A stretch of 64,000 bases of DNA from Octopus vulgaris. Taxonomy: Eukaryota. The notes beneath the pieces are model-generated. The model had not been told where the DNA came from. It saw only the letters and a list, made by a program, of their open reading frames with translations, and made no database searches. The position numbers and the translations under genes are program-made. Every line of letters starts with the position of its first letter. Position 1 is the stretch's first letter. Of this stretch, positions 1 to 13,844 are shown piece by piece. Where the stretch lies: positions 90,086,001-90,150,000 of the forward strand of contig OX597819.1 of assembly GCA_951406725.2 (NCBI GenBank). Reading direction: 5' to 3'.

Positions 1-406
1 TTCTATTCATTGTCATTGTCATTGATTTCTACCCATGATAGACACTGAGGCCATTTTTTAATCTGGTCTTTCCCATTTGCTGTTAGAAATCTACTACTTT
101 CGCTTTCCAGACATTGTACCTACCTGACAGATTTCAGAAATATTGTAAGTTTAAATGATTGATGTGGCCAAATAGTTTACTAAAAATTGGTTGTAGTTGT
201 GGCATTTCTCATAGATTTAGTAGTTAAACTTTGTCAGTTTAGACATAAATCTCATCTTTGATTTTGAAGTGTTTCAGGTTTTGGAGTTGTTTACAAAGAA
301 CAGGTAACAATCTAATCCATACATATTTATAGGGATAATATAAATGTTAGATATTTTAACTTCAGCTTCAATGAACACTCAATTTCCTTTTCAAAAGGTG
401 TTTTGC

Positions 407-463
407 ACCAGCATAGCTCAATCAGTAGAGCATCAGACTTTTAATCTGAGGGTTGCAGGTTCA
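407..463 (+). pseudogene. 3'-truncated tRNA-Lys(UUU) copy
   Basis: accagcATAGCTCAatcaGTAGAGCATCAGACTTTTAATCTGAGGGTtgcaGGTTCA matches eukaryotic tRNA-Lys(TTT) through the D arm, the anticodon arm TCAGA-CTTTTAA-TCTGA and the T-loop start. It then breaks into (TATG)n with no 3' acceptor strand. Confidence 0.85.
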
Positions 464-1622
464 CATGTATGTATGTATGTATGTATGTATGTATGTATGT
501 ATGTATGTATGTATGTGAGGTAAAAATGAGTGGGAGATGATAGGAATGGGGGATGGATACTAACTGGGAGTAGCAGTGTGGTGGAATGGTGGGAATGGTG
601 ACCAGCATTACAGAGATGGTATGGAACATGGTAACAGATTTTGGTTTCATTACTTACAGCAGCAAAAAAATATATTAGATGGGAGAGTGATGGAGGGATG
701 GTGATAATGTGATGAGAGATGGGTTTAAAGTTTGCAAGTGGGTTGAGAATGAGAGGAGTGTGTCAATGTTAAGAATGAAGAATATATGTCCATTGCCTTA
801 AGAGGGGGACACATGTGCTTGGGTGGGAGAACTGGATATTTTAAGGGAAGAACAAGTAGAAATTATAGACTTGTCAGAGGCTCAGTTATATGTATAGTGT
901 ACATACACATTATGGTTTGAGACCTCAGTCATGATATATTGGTGTGACAGGGTGGGTTTTCTCAAGCAGTGCATATCGCTTGCCATTTTTGTCATCTCTC
1001 CCAAAGAGTCTCAGCATCCTGTCATGGAATACTTTCTGAGAAGTTCTTGTGATGCTATTGGCTTTATGCATGCAGATTTGATCCCTGCCAGGCCATTAGC
1101 ATTTGTCGGTAAGCAGATGTTGTCAAAGGGATATGATAGGACATTCAAAGACTGCTTGCATATATGCATGCATGCATTATGTATGAACAGATGGATGGAT
1201 TTATGTATGTATGCATGTATGTATGCATGGTTGCATGTATGTATGTATGAATGAATGAACGAATGAATGAATGAATGAATGATTGTATACATGTATGTAT
1301 GTATAAATGAATGAACTATGTATGTATGTATGTTTGTATGTATATATGTATGTATGTACACATATGTAATATTTCTCACACCTGAAGGACAGTATTGTAT
1401 CAATTTCTAAATATAACAACAAAAATGGAAAAATCCTCCGCCATCTTATCCTCCTCTTTCTCTTTTCTTTCCCTGTTCTCATTGTTTGTACCCCACCTCT
1501 TCTGCCAATAATACTTTCAATCTGCAAATAATCTTATAGTCATTCATTCATGCTGATGATGACGTTATAAAAATTTGTTATAAATCTTCAAAGTGACATT
1601 GATAAAGTTAATCTATAGCTGG

Positions 1623-1623
<1 letters not shown>

Positions 1624-1689
<66 letters not shown>

Positions 1690-1795
1690 CTGGATAGGTA
1701 GATAGGTAAGCAGATGGATAGATACATAGGTAGGTAGGTAGGTAGGTAGGTAGGTAGGTAGATAGATAGATAGATAGATAGATAGATGGATGGAC
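1624..1795. repeat. (GATA)n/(GGTA)n microsatellite
   Basis: Direct tetranucleotide runs; source of the LSIY-repeat ORFs. Confidence 0.95.
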
Positions 1796-1974
1796 ATACA
1801 GAGAAGTAGACAGATAGAAATGACTGATAAAGACTAATGAGCAGCTGGGTAAATAGGCAAGCAGGTAGGTAGGCAGGCAGGCAGGCAGAGTTAATATCAT
1901 ACAGTATACCATCCCATCACTAGCAGAAATATATGTGTGTGTGTGTGTGCGTGTGTGTGTGTGTGTGTGTATTT

Positions 1975-4812
1975 CAAATTTACAGAGAGCAAAAGATGAA
2001 GACAGGTGTAGGAACAACAAGCTGGTGTATTAGTTTAACACTCAGTAAAAGTGGAAAAGTCTTTCATGTTTTGAGTATACGCTCTTTGACAGAAAGGATT
2101 AAGAGGAAAATAATGGAGAGAGAATGAAAAAAAAACAGAGAGAGAGAAAAACTGTGCAGAGTTCAACGATCCAACATGAAAAGATGACTGGAAAAAGGAG
2201 GTTGAATGAAAGGGAGATAATAATAAAAGTGGTAATGGTGACCCCAACGAACTAAGGTGAACAAGCGTGTGTGTGTGTATATATGTGAGAATGGTGTGTG
2301 TGTGTGTGTGTATGTGTGAATGGGGGTGAGTGAGTCTAATGTGCGTGTGTGTGTTGTTTTGTGTGTAACAGTTGATGTGTGGTGTGTGCACATGTGTAGT
2401 GTGTGTGTCTGTGACCAAATAGTGTGTATATGTATAGTGTATATTTGTCTATGTGTATTGAATGTGTGTGTGTATATATTGTCTGTGTTCAGGTATTATG
2501 TGCTTGTGTAGGTGTGGGAGTGTGTATGATGGTGTGTAGTGTGTGTAGCTGCTCGTATAGTGCTATGTGTGGTGATACTATTGAAGATTGTGTGTGGGTG
2601 TGTAAATGATGGTGTGTTGTGTGGTGCTGAGAAGTGGTTGGTGCTAGTGTGTATGGAGTGGGAAGGTATTTGTGGGTGTGTGTAATGGAGTGTGGGTACT
2701 AAGATAGGCAGTATGCAAGTGTGTAGGTGGAGGGGCTGTTAAATGTGGGAGGTGTGAGGGAATCTGTGTCAGGTTGGTGTCAGTTGAAGAGAGGAAGTGA
2801 GTTGAGCCCATGTGGCACAAGGAAACAAAATGGGAAGATTGATTCCTGTTCACAGTGAAGGTAGGAGTCTGGGTGGCCCTTGTGCAGAGACAGTCCAAAC
2901 ACAGACAGATATTGTAGTAAATGACTGGTAGAGTCGAAGTGGCATGAGACCAGGGTGTCATTGCTGAGTCTGATGTCTCAGAGGTGCTCTGTGAACTGGC
3001 GAGCCAAGTGGCATCCCATTTGACCAATGTACGGGGAAGGACAGAGAGAGTGGGAGATGCAGTAAATAACATTACTAGAAGTGCAGGTAAAGGAGTCGGT
3101 GACATCATAGGGACAGTGATGGGTACCAGTGAGGATGGTGGTGTTAGAAAGATAGAGGCAGGTGCAACAGCCTGGGTGGGAGCAGGGGAAGGAGCCAGGC
3201 TGGGTGGTAGGGTAGGGAAGAAACTGTGGAACTGGAGGTCACACAGGTTATGGGCTCATTTGAAGGAGGAAAGAGGTAGGTTAGGGAAGATGTACGAGGT
3301 GGAAGGGTCAGACTGGAGTCACTGGAAGGCTCAGAGAATGGTGTGTTAGAAGGGTAGGGTGAAGAGTGGTAGATGAGGGGAAATGGGTAAGAGTGGGGCA
3401 GGTGTGAGGAGAAAGAGCAGAGGCACGGTCCACAAATTGTGCTGGGCAAGGGCAGTGTGGATAATGATAAGGGGATATCCACGTAGGATGAAGTGGTGAG
3501 CTATGAGTTGAGACTGAGTCTCAAAGTCATGGTCATCACTGCAGAGCCTGCGTAGATGGAGGAATTGGGAGTAGGGGATGGAGGGCTTGGTGTGGGTAGG
3601 GTGGGAGGTGGAGAAGTTAAGGTAAGAGTGTAAGTCAGTGTGTTTGTAGAGGATGGAGGTAGTGAGAATGGAGTGGTGTATGCTGACAGAAATGTCAAGA
3701 AATTCGACGGAAGAGTTAGAAATAGTGCAGGAGAATTCGAGGGCAGGATGAAATGATTGGACAAAGGAGAGGAAGGAGTCCAGTTATTCACAGGAGAGTG
3801 AGGTCATGCTGATACACTCATCAATATAACAACCATAGAGCTTGGGAGTGAAATCAGTGAATTGTGAGAATACTTGGGCCTCAACAAAGCCAATGAACAA
3901 GTTTACACAGTTGGGCTCATTTTTGTTCCCATGGCCACTCCTAAGACTTGTTGGTAAAACTCACCCACAAACGAGAAGTAGTTGAGGGAGAAAATAAGTT
4001 CAGCCAAATGAAGAAGTGTGGCGATGTCAGGTTGAAAGTCTGGCCAAAGGTCAAGGAAGTGTCTAGGTGCAAGAAATCCTTCGCTGAGTGAGGTCACCAT
4101 GTACAAACTTTTAATGTCAAGAGTGAACATAAGTTGAGTGGGGCCAAAAGGGAAGGAGAAAGAGTTAAACAGATGGAGAGCATGATTGGTGTCATGAATG
4201 TGTAAAGGGAAGGAAGCCACTAGAGGAGCAAGGACATGGTCAAGGTATTTGGAGATCATTTCAGTGAGACAGTTGCAGGTGGAAATGATGGGGTGACCAG
4301 GGTTGTTGGGCTTGTGAATTTTGGGAAGGTAGTAAATAATGGGGGTGCAGGGGATTGGAGGTGGTGGGAGGGAGATGGGAGGAGGAAATGAAGTCATGAA
4401 TAGTGGAGGACACAGTCTACTGGTAGTTAGTTGTGGGGTTGGAGTGCAGAGGGCAATAGAAGGAGGTGTCTTGAAGTTGATGGAGAGCTTCAGCCTTGTA
4501 AAGGTCTGCGTGTCACACTACTACAGCTCCACCCTAGTCAGCTGGTTTGATGATATCTTTGCGGTGTTGGAGGCATCGAAAGGCCAAGAGTTCGACTGGG
4601 GAGATGTTGAAATGTTGGGGACACCTGCAAAAGTTGAACTGGTCCACAACACATTGCCAGATGCTTGCTAATTGATCAACTGCTTGGAACTGACCAGATA
4701 CTGGCATCCAGTAGGATGGCTGGTGGTCCAGGTCAGTGAAGCAGTCTTCTTCATTAGATGCAGCACACAAAGTGTTAGATATCAGCATAGATCTGAAACT
4801 CATTACTGGACG
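1975..4812 (-). mobile_element. Decayed Penelope-like retroelement (Neptune-type), RT plus GIY-YIG endonuclease
   Basis: Minus-strand translation gives DIIKPAD*GGAVVV, YYLPKIHKPNNPGHPIIS, TLDIKSLY and YQQVLGVAMGTKMSP (PLE RT motifs). Near 3200-3020 it reads CSHPGCCTC...SFTCTSSNVIYCISHSLCPSPYIGQ, a Cys-rich linker plus GIY-YIG. Stops and frameshifts are present and both ends abut microsatellites. Confidence 0.9.
2059..2098 (-). ncRNA. Degenerate minimal hammerhead-like motif at the PLE 3' end
   Basis: Minus strand reads cttt-CTGTCAAA-GAGCGTATACTC-AAAAC-ATG-aaag. Stem I (cttt/aaag) and stem II (GAG/CTC) are present. Core differences fit CpG decay of CTGTCGAA...CTCGAAACG. Confidence 0.5.
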
Positions 4813-4826
4813 GTGTATATATATAT

Positions 4827-4890
<64 letters not shown>

Positions 4891-5264
4891 GGAGAGAGAA
4901 AGAGAGAGAGAAACGATTCCCATCCTTCATTGTACCAGCATGGATGAACTGTTTTGAGAAGTGGGCCACAAATGACATGGCACATCATCAGGCTAGGTGC
5001 ACTACTAAAAAATTAAGGCTAATTTTTCATTAGGAATGTTATTCAGAAAGTCCTGTGGGTCACAGGTTGCACATGACTGATTTACACCATTAATTCATCA
5101 AGGTTCACTCTGCCAGAAATTGTAGTCTAATTTCCCTCAAATTACATACTGTTGTCATAAATAAGGAAGTTCACAGTGGATAATGTTCTCAATTCTGGAA
5201 ACACTACATATTTTATCGTTTATTTTTTATTTGTTTCAGTCTTTAAATTGCTGCCCTGTTGGGG

Positions 5265-5475
5265 CATGACTTAGTGGATAGGGTGTTCAACTCATTCTCG
5301 TAGGATTGTAGTTTCAATTCCTGGACTGGGCAATACATTGTATTCTTGTGCAAAGCATTTCATTTCACATTGCTCTGCTCCATTCAGCTGGTAAAAATTA
5401 GTAATCATGTGATGGACTAGCATCCCATTCAGGGAGGTATATTTACACCAGAGAAACCAGGAAACTGACCCTATG
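5265..5475 (+). mobile_element. tRNA-derived SINE, family B (decayed)
   Basis: A-box/B-box-like head followed by cattgtattcttgtgcaaagcatttcatttcacattgctc; similar copies at 10553-10750 and 56885-57080. Confidence 0.7.
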
Positions 5476-6196
5476 CTCCTTACAGAGTAATGTGGACTAC
5501 CCCATGCTGGAGCACTGACATGAAGAATTTAGTCAAACAAATCAACCCCAGTACTTTTTCTTTCTAAGCGTAGTACTGTTTTTATTTATTTTTAAAAAAT
5601 GAGAGCAGACCACTCACTGGATGTCAAAACCTGGGATTGAACTAGGGATTTTTAGATCTTGAGCTGAATGCTCTTCAGTCTAATGTTTTCCCAGTTTCTT
5701 AGCTGAGCATTAAAAAAATACAGGTAGGGATTGTCAGAACTGTTGTACCTTTGTTTGATGTATGTGTAGCTAATGAATAAATGGCTAGGTACAGTGCCAC
5801 CCTTAGTTGTCCATAGACCCAGAAACTGTATTGAAGAGGTGGCACCCTCTTCCATTGAAATATAATGAAAATATATTATTCAAGAGTCCATGGATTTCCT
5901 GGGCTCTTTTCCTCCAGCTTCTATAGCATTTATCTTAAGATGGCATTAGTGAGCTGGTTAAAATTTATATGCCCACAACCTAAATGACAACTCCACTGTT
6001 TCTCTCTTTATCTCACATTCAGACAAAGAGCAAAGGTGCAAAATGTTAAAATTTAGCTAACTACCACCAAATAAACAATTCTTAGCAAGAAAAGAGCTTT
6101 AGTTTAAGATAAAAAACATTCCATTAGTTGGTAATTAAAAATGAAGATGGAGTGAATTGGAGATAACCTTCTGTTATAGATTAAATGCTGACATAC

Positions 6197-6345
6197 AGGT
6201 GCAGGCAGGAATAGGAATTGGCATGGCTGAGTGGTAAGAAGTTTACTTCTCAGCCACATAGTTCTGGGTTCAGTCCTACTGCGTGACATCTTAGATAAGT
6301 GTCTTCTTCTATAAACCAAAGTCTTGCGAATGGATTTGATAGACA
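6197..6345 (+). mobile_element. SINE family A, 5' half
   Basis: tggctgagtggtaagaag...gggttcagtcctactgcgtg, matching the full copies such as 28608-29030. Confidence 0.8.
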
Positions 6346-6699
6346 TGTATGTATGTGTGTATGTGTGTGGGTATGCATCTGTGCATGTGTGCACGTGTGT
6401 GTACATTCATGTGTGTGTGCATGCATGCATGAATGTGTGTGCGCATGTATTTATTTTGAGATGCTCTGTGTTTCTTTCAATTACTTTAAATATAACAAAG
6501 AACTTAGTAAAATAACTTAGTTATCATTACGCTAGTGTTAGGAACATAAATTGTGACTAAGGTTTGGTGGAATATTTTAATTTAAAATTTATGAAAACTA
6601 AAGTAAGGCATGTGTAAAATTTTAATGAAATCAGTTGTGTAGTTCTCGAGTTTTAGGGATTCCCACAGACAGAGACACATTCTCATCTGTTTGTTAAGT

Positions 6700-8089
6700 A
6701 TGCCTGTTTGGGTATTAGGCCATTCATAGATGCACCTTTGAACTGAATAAATAAATCATAATGGCAGATGACCCCTGCATTGTTTGATTTATTTAGTGCA
6801 ATAGTGAGCATTCAGAGCCATATGCCCACACCATTGTCATTGTTTCCCATTGAGACAGTAGGTTGATCTGTAAAAAACCAGTAGTAACTGAGTTTATTTT
6901 CCTTACTACATAACTGCTGACATGTGCTGTTTAGAAGATGGAAAGGTTGAGCCTAAAGATATGACATAAAGAGAAATAGTATGTTTACCTGCTGTTTCTC
7001 TGGGTTGCACATACAACATTATCTGAACAAAAAATTTGACATGTGGCCTATGCAAAGAAGTGTAGTATCTGTTGCCTACTTCACAACTGGGGGCACTTAA
7101 CGCAGAGCATACTGCAAAGATTACACTAATGAAATAAATAAGGGGACAAGGGTATCGTTACTGGATGTTTTCCTGTTTGCCGCATAGAGCAACATCCATT
7201 GTTGTCTTGCCCCTGTAGTCTCCGTAGCATGTTGAGGAAGCATCTCTTGTAAGTTGAACTGCATGTTGTGCTGCAGTCTCTGAAGCTTGTGCAGCAGCAG
7301 TAGAAGAAACAATTCTTGGTCGGCGTGCTGAACGTTGTTCGTTGCTCTGGGTGGCTCGTTGCACTGCAATACGTGCTAACCGATCACAACACTGCTCTTC
7401 ACTTTCCCTTCTTTGCACTAAAGCCATCTTATGTGCATTGAGAGAGTTCCTCCTGGCAGTGTCCTTGGCAGATCCATTTGCACACATACGCTTACTTTTC
7501 TTTGCAGCATTTGTTTGCCGTCCTATACTGGATTTTTTGTGTTGAGGCATGGTGGAAAATTGTCAGTTTATACAATAGAAAAAGTCTTAAGACATAAGCG
7601 GTGAATGTGTAGCACCCAAAAAATAGTAAACTGTAATTGGCAAAAATGTTAATCAAACAGACTGAATTAAGGATCTTTAATTTTGGGTAAGAGTTTTGAA
7701 GTGGCTAGTTTAAGTTGGAATAATAATATGAGAAAGAGCACTCACATGTAAACAGAGGCAAATCGTAACTCACAAATGAATCCTGCTGGCAGTATTGTGC
7801 AAGCAGTCGATAAGAGTTTGCCATAGCTGACAAAGTAAAGTATTGATTTTTTCCAGCTGGGTGTGTGTCATGTCTTTTTGCTGGCTCAAGCCAAATCCTA
7901 GATGAATTGAGAGTAGTCTATTTATGTTGGGGGACATGAAATTTTGAGGAAAAATTTATAAGAAAAAGCGTCCTAAGTCAAAGAGAGCACACATGTCAAA
8001 TTTGGTGAAATTCAGTTGAAAATTGTTGGAGTAGAAGTGGTTCACACAATACACACACAGACAGGAAACTTGCCTTTTGATATATAAGA
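6700..8089 (-). mobile_element. Helitron 5' portion (decayed, 3' truncated)
   Basis: Minus strand begins A|TCttatatatcaaaagg...ctgtctgtgtgtg...caactgaatttcaccaaatttgac, a Helitron-type 5' TC terminus. ORF 7158-7550 (MPQHKKSSIGRQTNAAKK...RRESEEQCCDRLAR...ASETAAQ) resembles the basic/ETxEQR N-terminus of Helitron Rep-helicase proteins. No Rep or helicase motifs were seen. Confidence 0.6.
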
Positions 8090-8108
8090 TAAGTGTGTGT
8101 ATGTGTTT

Positions 8109-8187
<79 letters not shown>

Positions 8188-8273
8188 ACTGGGTTTTTCC
8201 ACAGTTTTCATCTCCCAAATTCACTCACAATGCATTGGTTGGCCCAATGAGATTGGAAAGTATGTGGTTGCAA

Positions 8274-8483
8274 AAAAAGGCAGGTTCTATCAGTGATCTT
8301 GGTGGGGGACCAAAAACATAACAAATATTTAGCCATGTATGGACATGATCCAAAAAGTTCAGTCCTGGAATTTAGACATGTCTAAATTCAAGAACTGAAC
8401 TATTAGGAGCATGTCCATATATGGCTAAATATTTGTTACGTTTTTGGTCCCCCGCCCAAGATCACAGATAGAACCCACTTTTT
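8274..8483. repeat. About 210-bp loopless palindrome (foldback/MITE-like)
   Basis: Centre gaatttagaca|tgtctaaattc at 8378/8379. The arms pair out to ggttctatcagtgatcttgg / ccaagatcacagatagaacc with scattered mismatches. Confidence 0.9.
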
Positions 8484-9023
8484 ATATTATGTCCACATAC
8501 AAACATTTTATCTCACTATATTTTTATATAGAGAGATTTTTTACACATTTATATATATATTTTTATAAATTTTTATTGCTTTATTTATTTTTACATATAT
8601 TTTTCTGTATATTACCTTTGACCCTGCATTTTTGTGCATGTGCATATACAGACGTGTATATGAACATAATTGTGCACGTATGGGTGTCTGTGTGCGGATA
8701 TGTATATATGTACATGTGTATGGCTGCATATATATGTATACATATATAGGTGTGTGTGTAGGTGTGCATGTATGTGTTTCACGCAAGTGGGAATGAGCAT
8801 ATGCATATATGCACATGTACATTGGTGTGCATGTACGCATATGTATGTATGTACATGCATGCATACGTAAATTCTATGAGCAGTTTTACTTTCTCCCCTT
8901 TTGGGCTTTTTCCCTTTATTTAACAGTCATTCTAATAGCTCTTTTGTTTGTCTTAATAAAGGTCATCTTCATAGTAATTTTCCTTTGTTTAATGGTCCTT
9001 TTCATAGCATTTTTGTTTGTCAA

Positions 9024-9084
9024 AACAACTGACAAGATGCTGGAGCAGATTTCTGCCCCGACATCCGAAACTCTGAGTTTTATT
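9024..9084 (+). ncRNA. Degenerate type-I hammerhead-like motif
   Basis: aacaa-CTGACAA-GATGCTGGAGCAGA-TT-TCTGCCCCGACATC-C-GAAA-CTC-T-GAG-TT-ttatt. It has a long stem II, stem III ACTC/GAGT, a GUU triplet and stem I aacaa/ttatt. Core G8 is changed to A at a CpG. Confidence 0.6.
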
Positions 9085-9185
9085 ACAACAACCGAATAAT
9101 TGTCACATATTATTTTACAGATAAATTCCTCTATTTACATAATATCGAGGTCTCATTCATTCTTTTATTGTCATATTATTATTAG

Positions 9186-9224
<39 letters not shown>

Positions 9225-9228
<4 letters not shown>

Positions 9229-10488
9229 GTCATCCCTTAAGTTCTGTCCAATTTTACCTTTTTTAAAATTGAATGAAATTTAATAGTATTTTAGAATGTC
9301 AAATAGAATTAAAAGTTATTTTTATGCATTTGTGTACATTTAAGCTAATTAGATATTATTTTACAGAATAATAGAATTAAAATTTCTTTGATTAAAACCC
9401 TTTCTAATATGGAAGTATCCAAAGAACGTATAAGGCATATAATGCTTTATTAGTACAAAAACGGAAATTCTAAGTGATTCGAAACATACACTCAGTTTAT
9501 GGGAAACAATGTTTGAATGAAAGAACTTGCAATGAAAGATGGTTTGCAAAATTCAGAAGTGGAGATTTCAGCCTTGAAAATGTAGATCGAACAGGATGTC
9601 CAGTTGAGTTTGATGATAAGCTCCTTGAGGCATTACTTGAAGAAAATCCTGTATTATCAGTTGAAGAATTGGCAATAAAGCTTAGTTCAAACCATAGAAC
9701 TGTTCATCGTCATCTTCAATTTGGAAAGGTTCCTAAACTTGGAAAATGAGTGCCTCATCTATTATCCAAAAGCAACTGAAAATCCCGCAAATCTGGTCTT
9801 CTCTCCATTCTCACAAACTCATTTCACCCTTTTTGGATTGGCTTGTGACTGGTGATGAAAAATGGAAATGTTAAATGTCATAAACAGTGGCTTGGTAAAA
9901 GGGAAAAAGCTCAACCACAACCAAGAAGGGAACTTCATGGAAAAAAGATTCTTCTCTCTATCTGGTGGGGTTGCAAAGGAGTAATTCACTTTGAATTGTT
10001 ACCACCTAATGTAACAATCAATGCTCAAGCCTACTGTCAGCAATTAGAGTGTTTGAACCAAGCTTTGAAGAAAAAAAAGACTTGCTTTAGTGAATCGAAA
10101 AGGAGTGATGTTTCATCAGGACAATGTGCAACCCCACACTGCAAAGATAACATCACAGAAGATCGAAGAGTTTGGTTGGGTAAAAATTCCTCATCCACAT
10201 TATTCTCCTGACCTTGCTCCTTCAGACTACCATATGTTTTGTAATTTACAGAATCATTTGGGGGACATAACTTTCGCATGCTAGAAGGCGGTCGAAACTG
10301 ACATTTCAGAGTTCTTCGCTTTGAAATCAAGAGTTTTACATTGATGGGATTAAAAAGCTTGTAAATAAATGGAAGGAAGTCATAGATAATCAGGGAAAGT
10401 ACTTTGATGATTAAATTTCAATTTAATATAACATTTGATCACTTGTTTTCTTTATTCAAAATTCAGACAGAACTTATGGGATGACTTG

Positions 10489-10489
<1 letters not shown>
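9225..10489 (+). mobile_element. Full-length mariner (DD34D) with dead transposase (about 9409-10414)
   Basis: TIRs tcaggtcatcccttaagttctgtc / gacagaacttatgggatgacttga next to (TA)n. Motifs RWFAKFRSGDFSLE, *VPHLL, LVTGDEK, FHQDN and HPHYSPDLAPSDYHMF occur across frameshifts. Confidence 0.95.
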
Positions 10490-10522
<33 letters not shown>

Positions 10523-10552
10523 ACACGTGCATGTGTGTTTGTGTGCGTGTGT

Positions 10553-10750
10553 GAAGGCACACGGCCTAGTGGTTTGACTGTTGCACTCACAATCACTAGA
10601 TCATGGGTTCGATTCCTTGACTGGGCAGTGCATTGTGTTCTTGAGCAAAACACTTCATGTTATATTTGAAGATAAAAACGATGCAAAAGCGCATTGTGAC
10701 CAGCGATGTGTAACAACATCTGATAGCCTGGTTAGTCATGTGATCATGTA
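10553..10750 (+). mobile_element. SINE family B
   Basis: ggcctagtggtt (A box)...gggttcgattcc (B box)...gtgttcttgagcaaaacacttc. Confidence 0.75.
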
Positions 10751-10790
<40 letters not shown>

Positions 10791-10804
10791 TCACACACAC
10801 ATAT

Positions 10805-10967
10805 ACAACAGGCTTCTTTCAGTTTCTGTCCACTAAATCCACTCACAAGGCATTGGTCAACCTGGAGCTATTGTAGAAACACTTGCCCAGGTACCACAGA
10901 GTAAGACTGAACCTAAACCTATGTGTTTGGGAAGCAAATTTCTGACCACAGTGTCATGCCTGTACCT
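10805..10967 (-). mobile_element. SINE family A, 5' half
   Basis: Reverse complement of the family A head and central region. Confidence 0.8.
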
Positions 10968-11119
10968 AATATGCTAATATACTCTTTTTTTTTTAAATAT
11001 TGAAGAGGGTCTTAGTTGAGGGAGATTTGGCTTTTGATTTTAACGGGTCAAACAACTGTATAGAGACTTACTCAGTGGTTTTACTTACTACTTTACTGTT
11101 GACTGGGGTGATCCTATGA

Positions 11120-12640
<1,521 letters not shown>

Positions 12641-12679
12641 TGGAAAAGACTGGCTTATCTTTGAGGATAAATTTCTGGA

Positions 12680-13300
12680 GAAGAATCGGTAGAGCATCCG
12701 GCAAAATGCCATGTGCTATTTCTTCTGACCCCTTTATTGTTCTGAGATCAAATCCCACTGAAGTCATCTTTGCCGTTCATCTTTCCAGCTTTTAATAAAA
12801 ATAAGTACCAGTTGAGCACTGGGGGGTCAACGCAGTGACTAACCCCTGTCTCTAATTTTGTTGGCCCTGTGCCAAAATTTGAAACCATTATTATCATTAT
12901 TAGTACGCTAGATAAAATGTTTAGTGGCATTTCTTTCAACTAATTATGTTCTGAGGTCAAATTCCGTTAAAGTTGACTTCGCCTTTCATCCTTTATGGGT
13001 CGAAAAAATAAGTAGCAGTTGACCTCTGGGGTCAATGTAGTTGCCCTTCCCCTCCCCTCAAAATTGCAAGCATTGTGCCACAAGTTAGAATGAATTATTG
13101 CTTTTATTAAGGCAGTGAGCTGGCAGAATCATTAGCCTACTGGACAGAATGCTTAGTGGCATTTCATCCGTCTTTATGTTCTGAGTTCAAACCCTGCCAT
13201 GGTCGACTTTGCTTTTCAGTGTTTCAGGGTCAATAAAATAAGTACTAGCTGAGAACTGCTCCCCTGAAATTGCCAACCTTATGCCAGAATTTGAGACTTT
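12680..13300 (+). mobile_element. Three head-to-tail copies of SINE family C
   Basis: Repeated gcagaatcgttag...ttctgagttcaaat...gtcgactttgcctttcatccttt...taagtacc...cttgtgcc units separated by short tta tails. Confidence 0.85.
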
Positions 13301-13844
13301 AGTGTTGGGTGTGTAGAAAAAGAAGACGACTGTTTTACCATAATAAAAAAAAATTATTAGAAAGGATGGTACGAACACAGCTTTTACATGATGTAAGAAA
13401 TCAAATATCCACATGTCTTCAGTTTCTTTGAATGACTAGTAAGAGCTACGTAGTCACGAGAGAAGATTGTGAAAGTAACAGAAATGTGCATGCAGTAGAA
13501 AACATATTCAGTTCACGCCTGGCACTTCTCGTAACAAATTCATAACAGGCCTCATTGTGGCAACGATGATAAGAAATTGGCTCAGGCAGACATCGTTAGA
13601 ATAACAGTAACCACATGTGGTTCATGTCCTTTAGGCAGAAGAGGGATTGTGCTCCTTGGTGCACTAAAATGGCAAAAGCAGAAGAGAGCGCCAAAACACT
13701 GGAATATATAGGTGTTGGCTGTCACGCCACCTGGTGGTCTATCTCATCAAAGGGACATAATTCAGCTATCTTCGCCATCTGGTGGTGTTTGCCAGCAAAA
13801 GGATGTAATTCAGCTATCTTCGCTATGCTACAAGGCCATTATTA

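Noticed and set aside
407-463. Functional tRNA-Lys gene
   Set aside because: It lacks the 3' T-stem and acceptor strand, so it is listed as a pseudogene.
4950-4995. CTGATGA on the minus strand (also at 29633, 50243 and 57796)
   Set aside because: No properly placed stem II plus GAAA and NUH; these lie in other repeat relics.
5652-5855. 67-aa ORF with SIQFLG, vaguely RT-like
   Set aside because: A single weak motif with no supporting RT motifs nearby.
9474-10284. Active or domesticated mariner transposase
   Set aside because: Split by frameshifts, with a stop in the WVPHxL motif.
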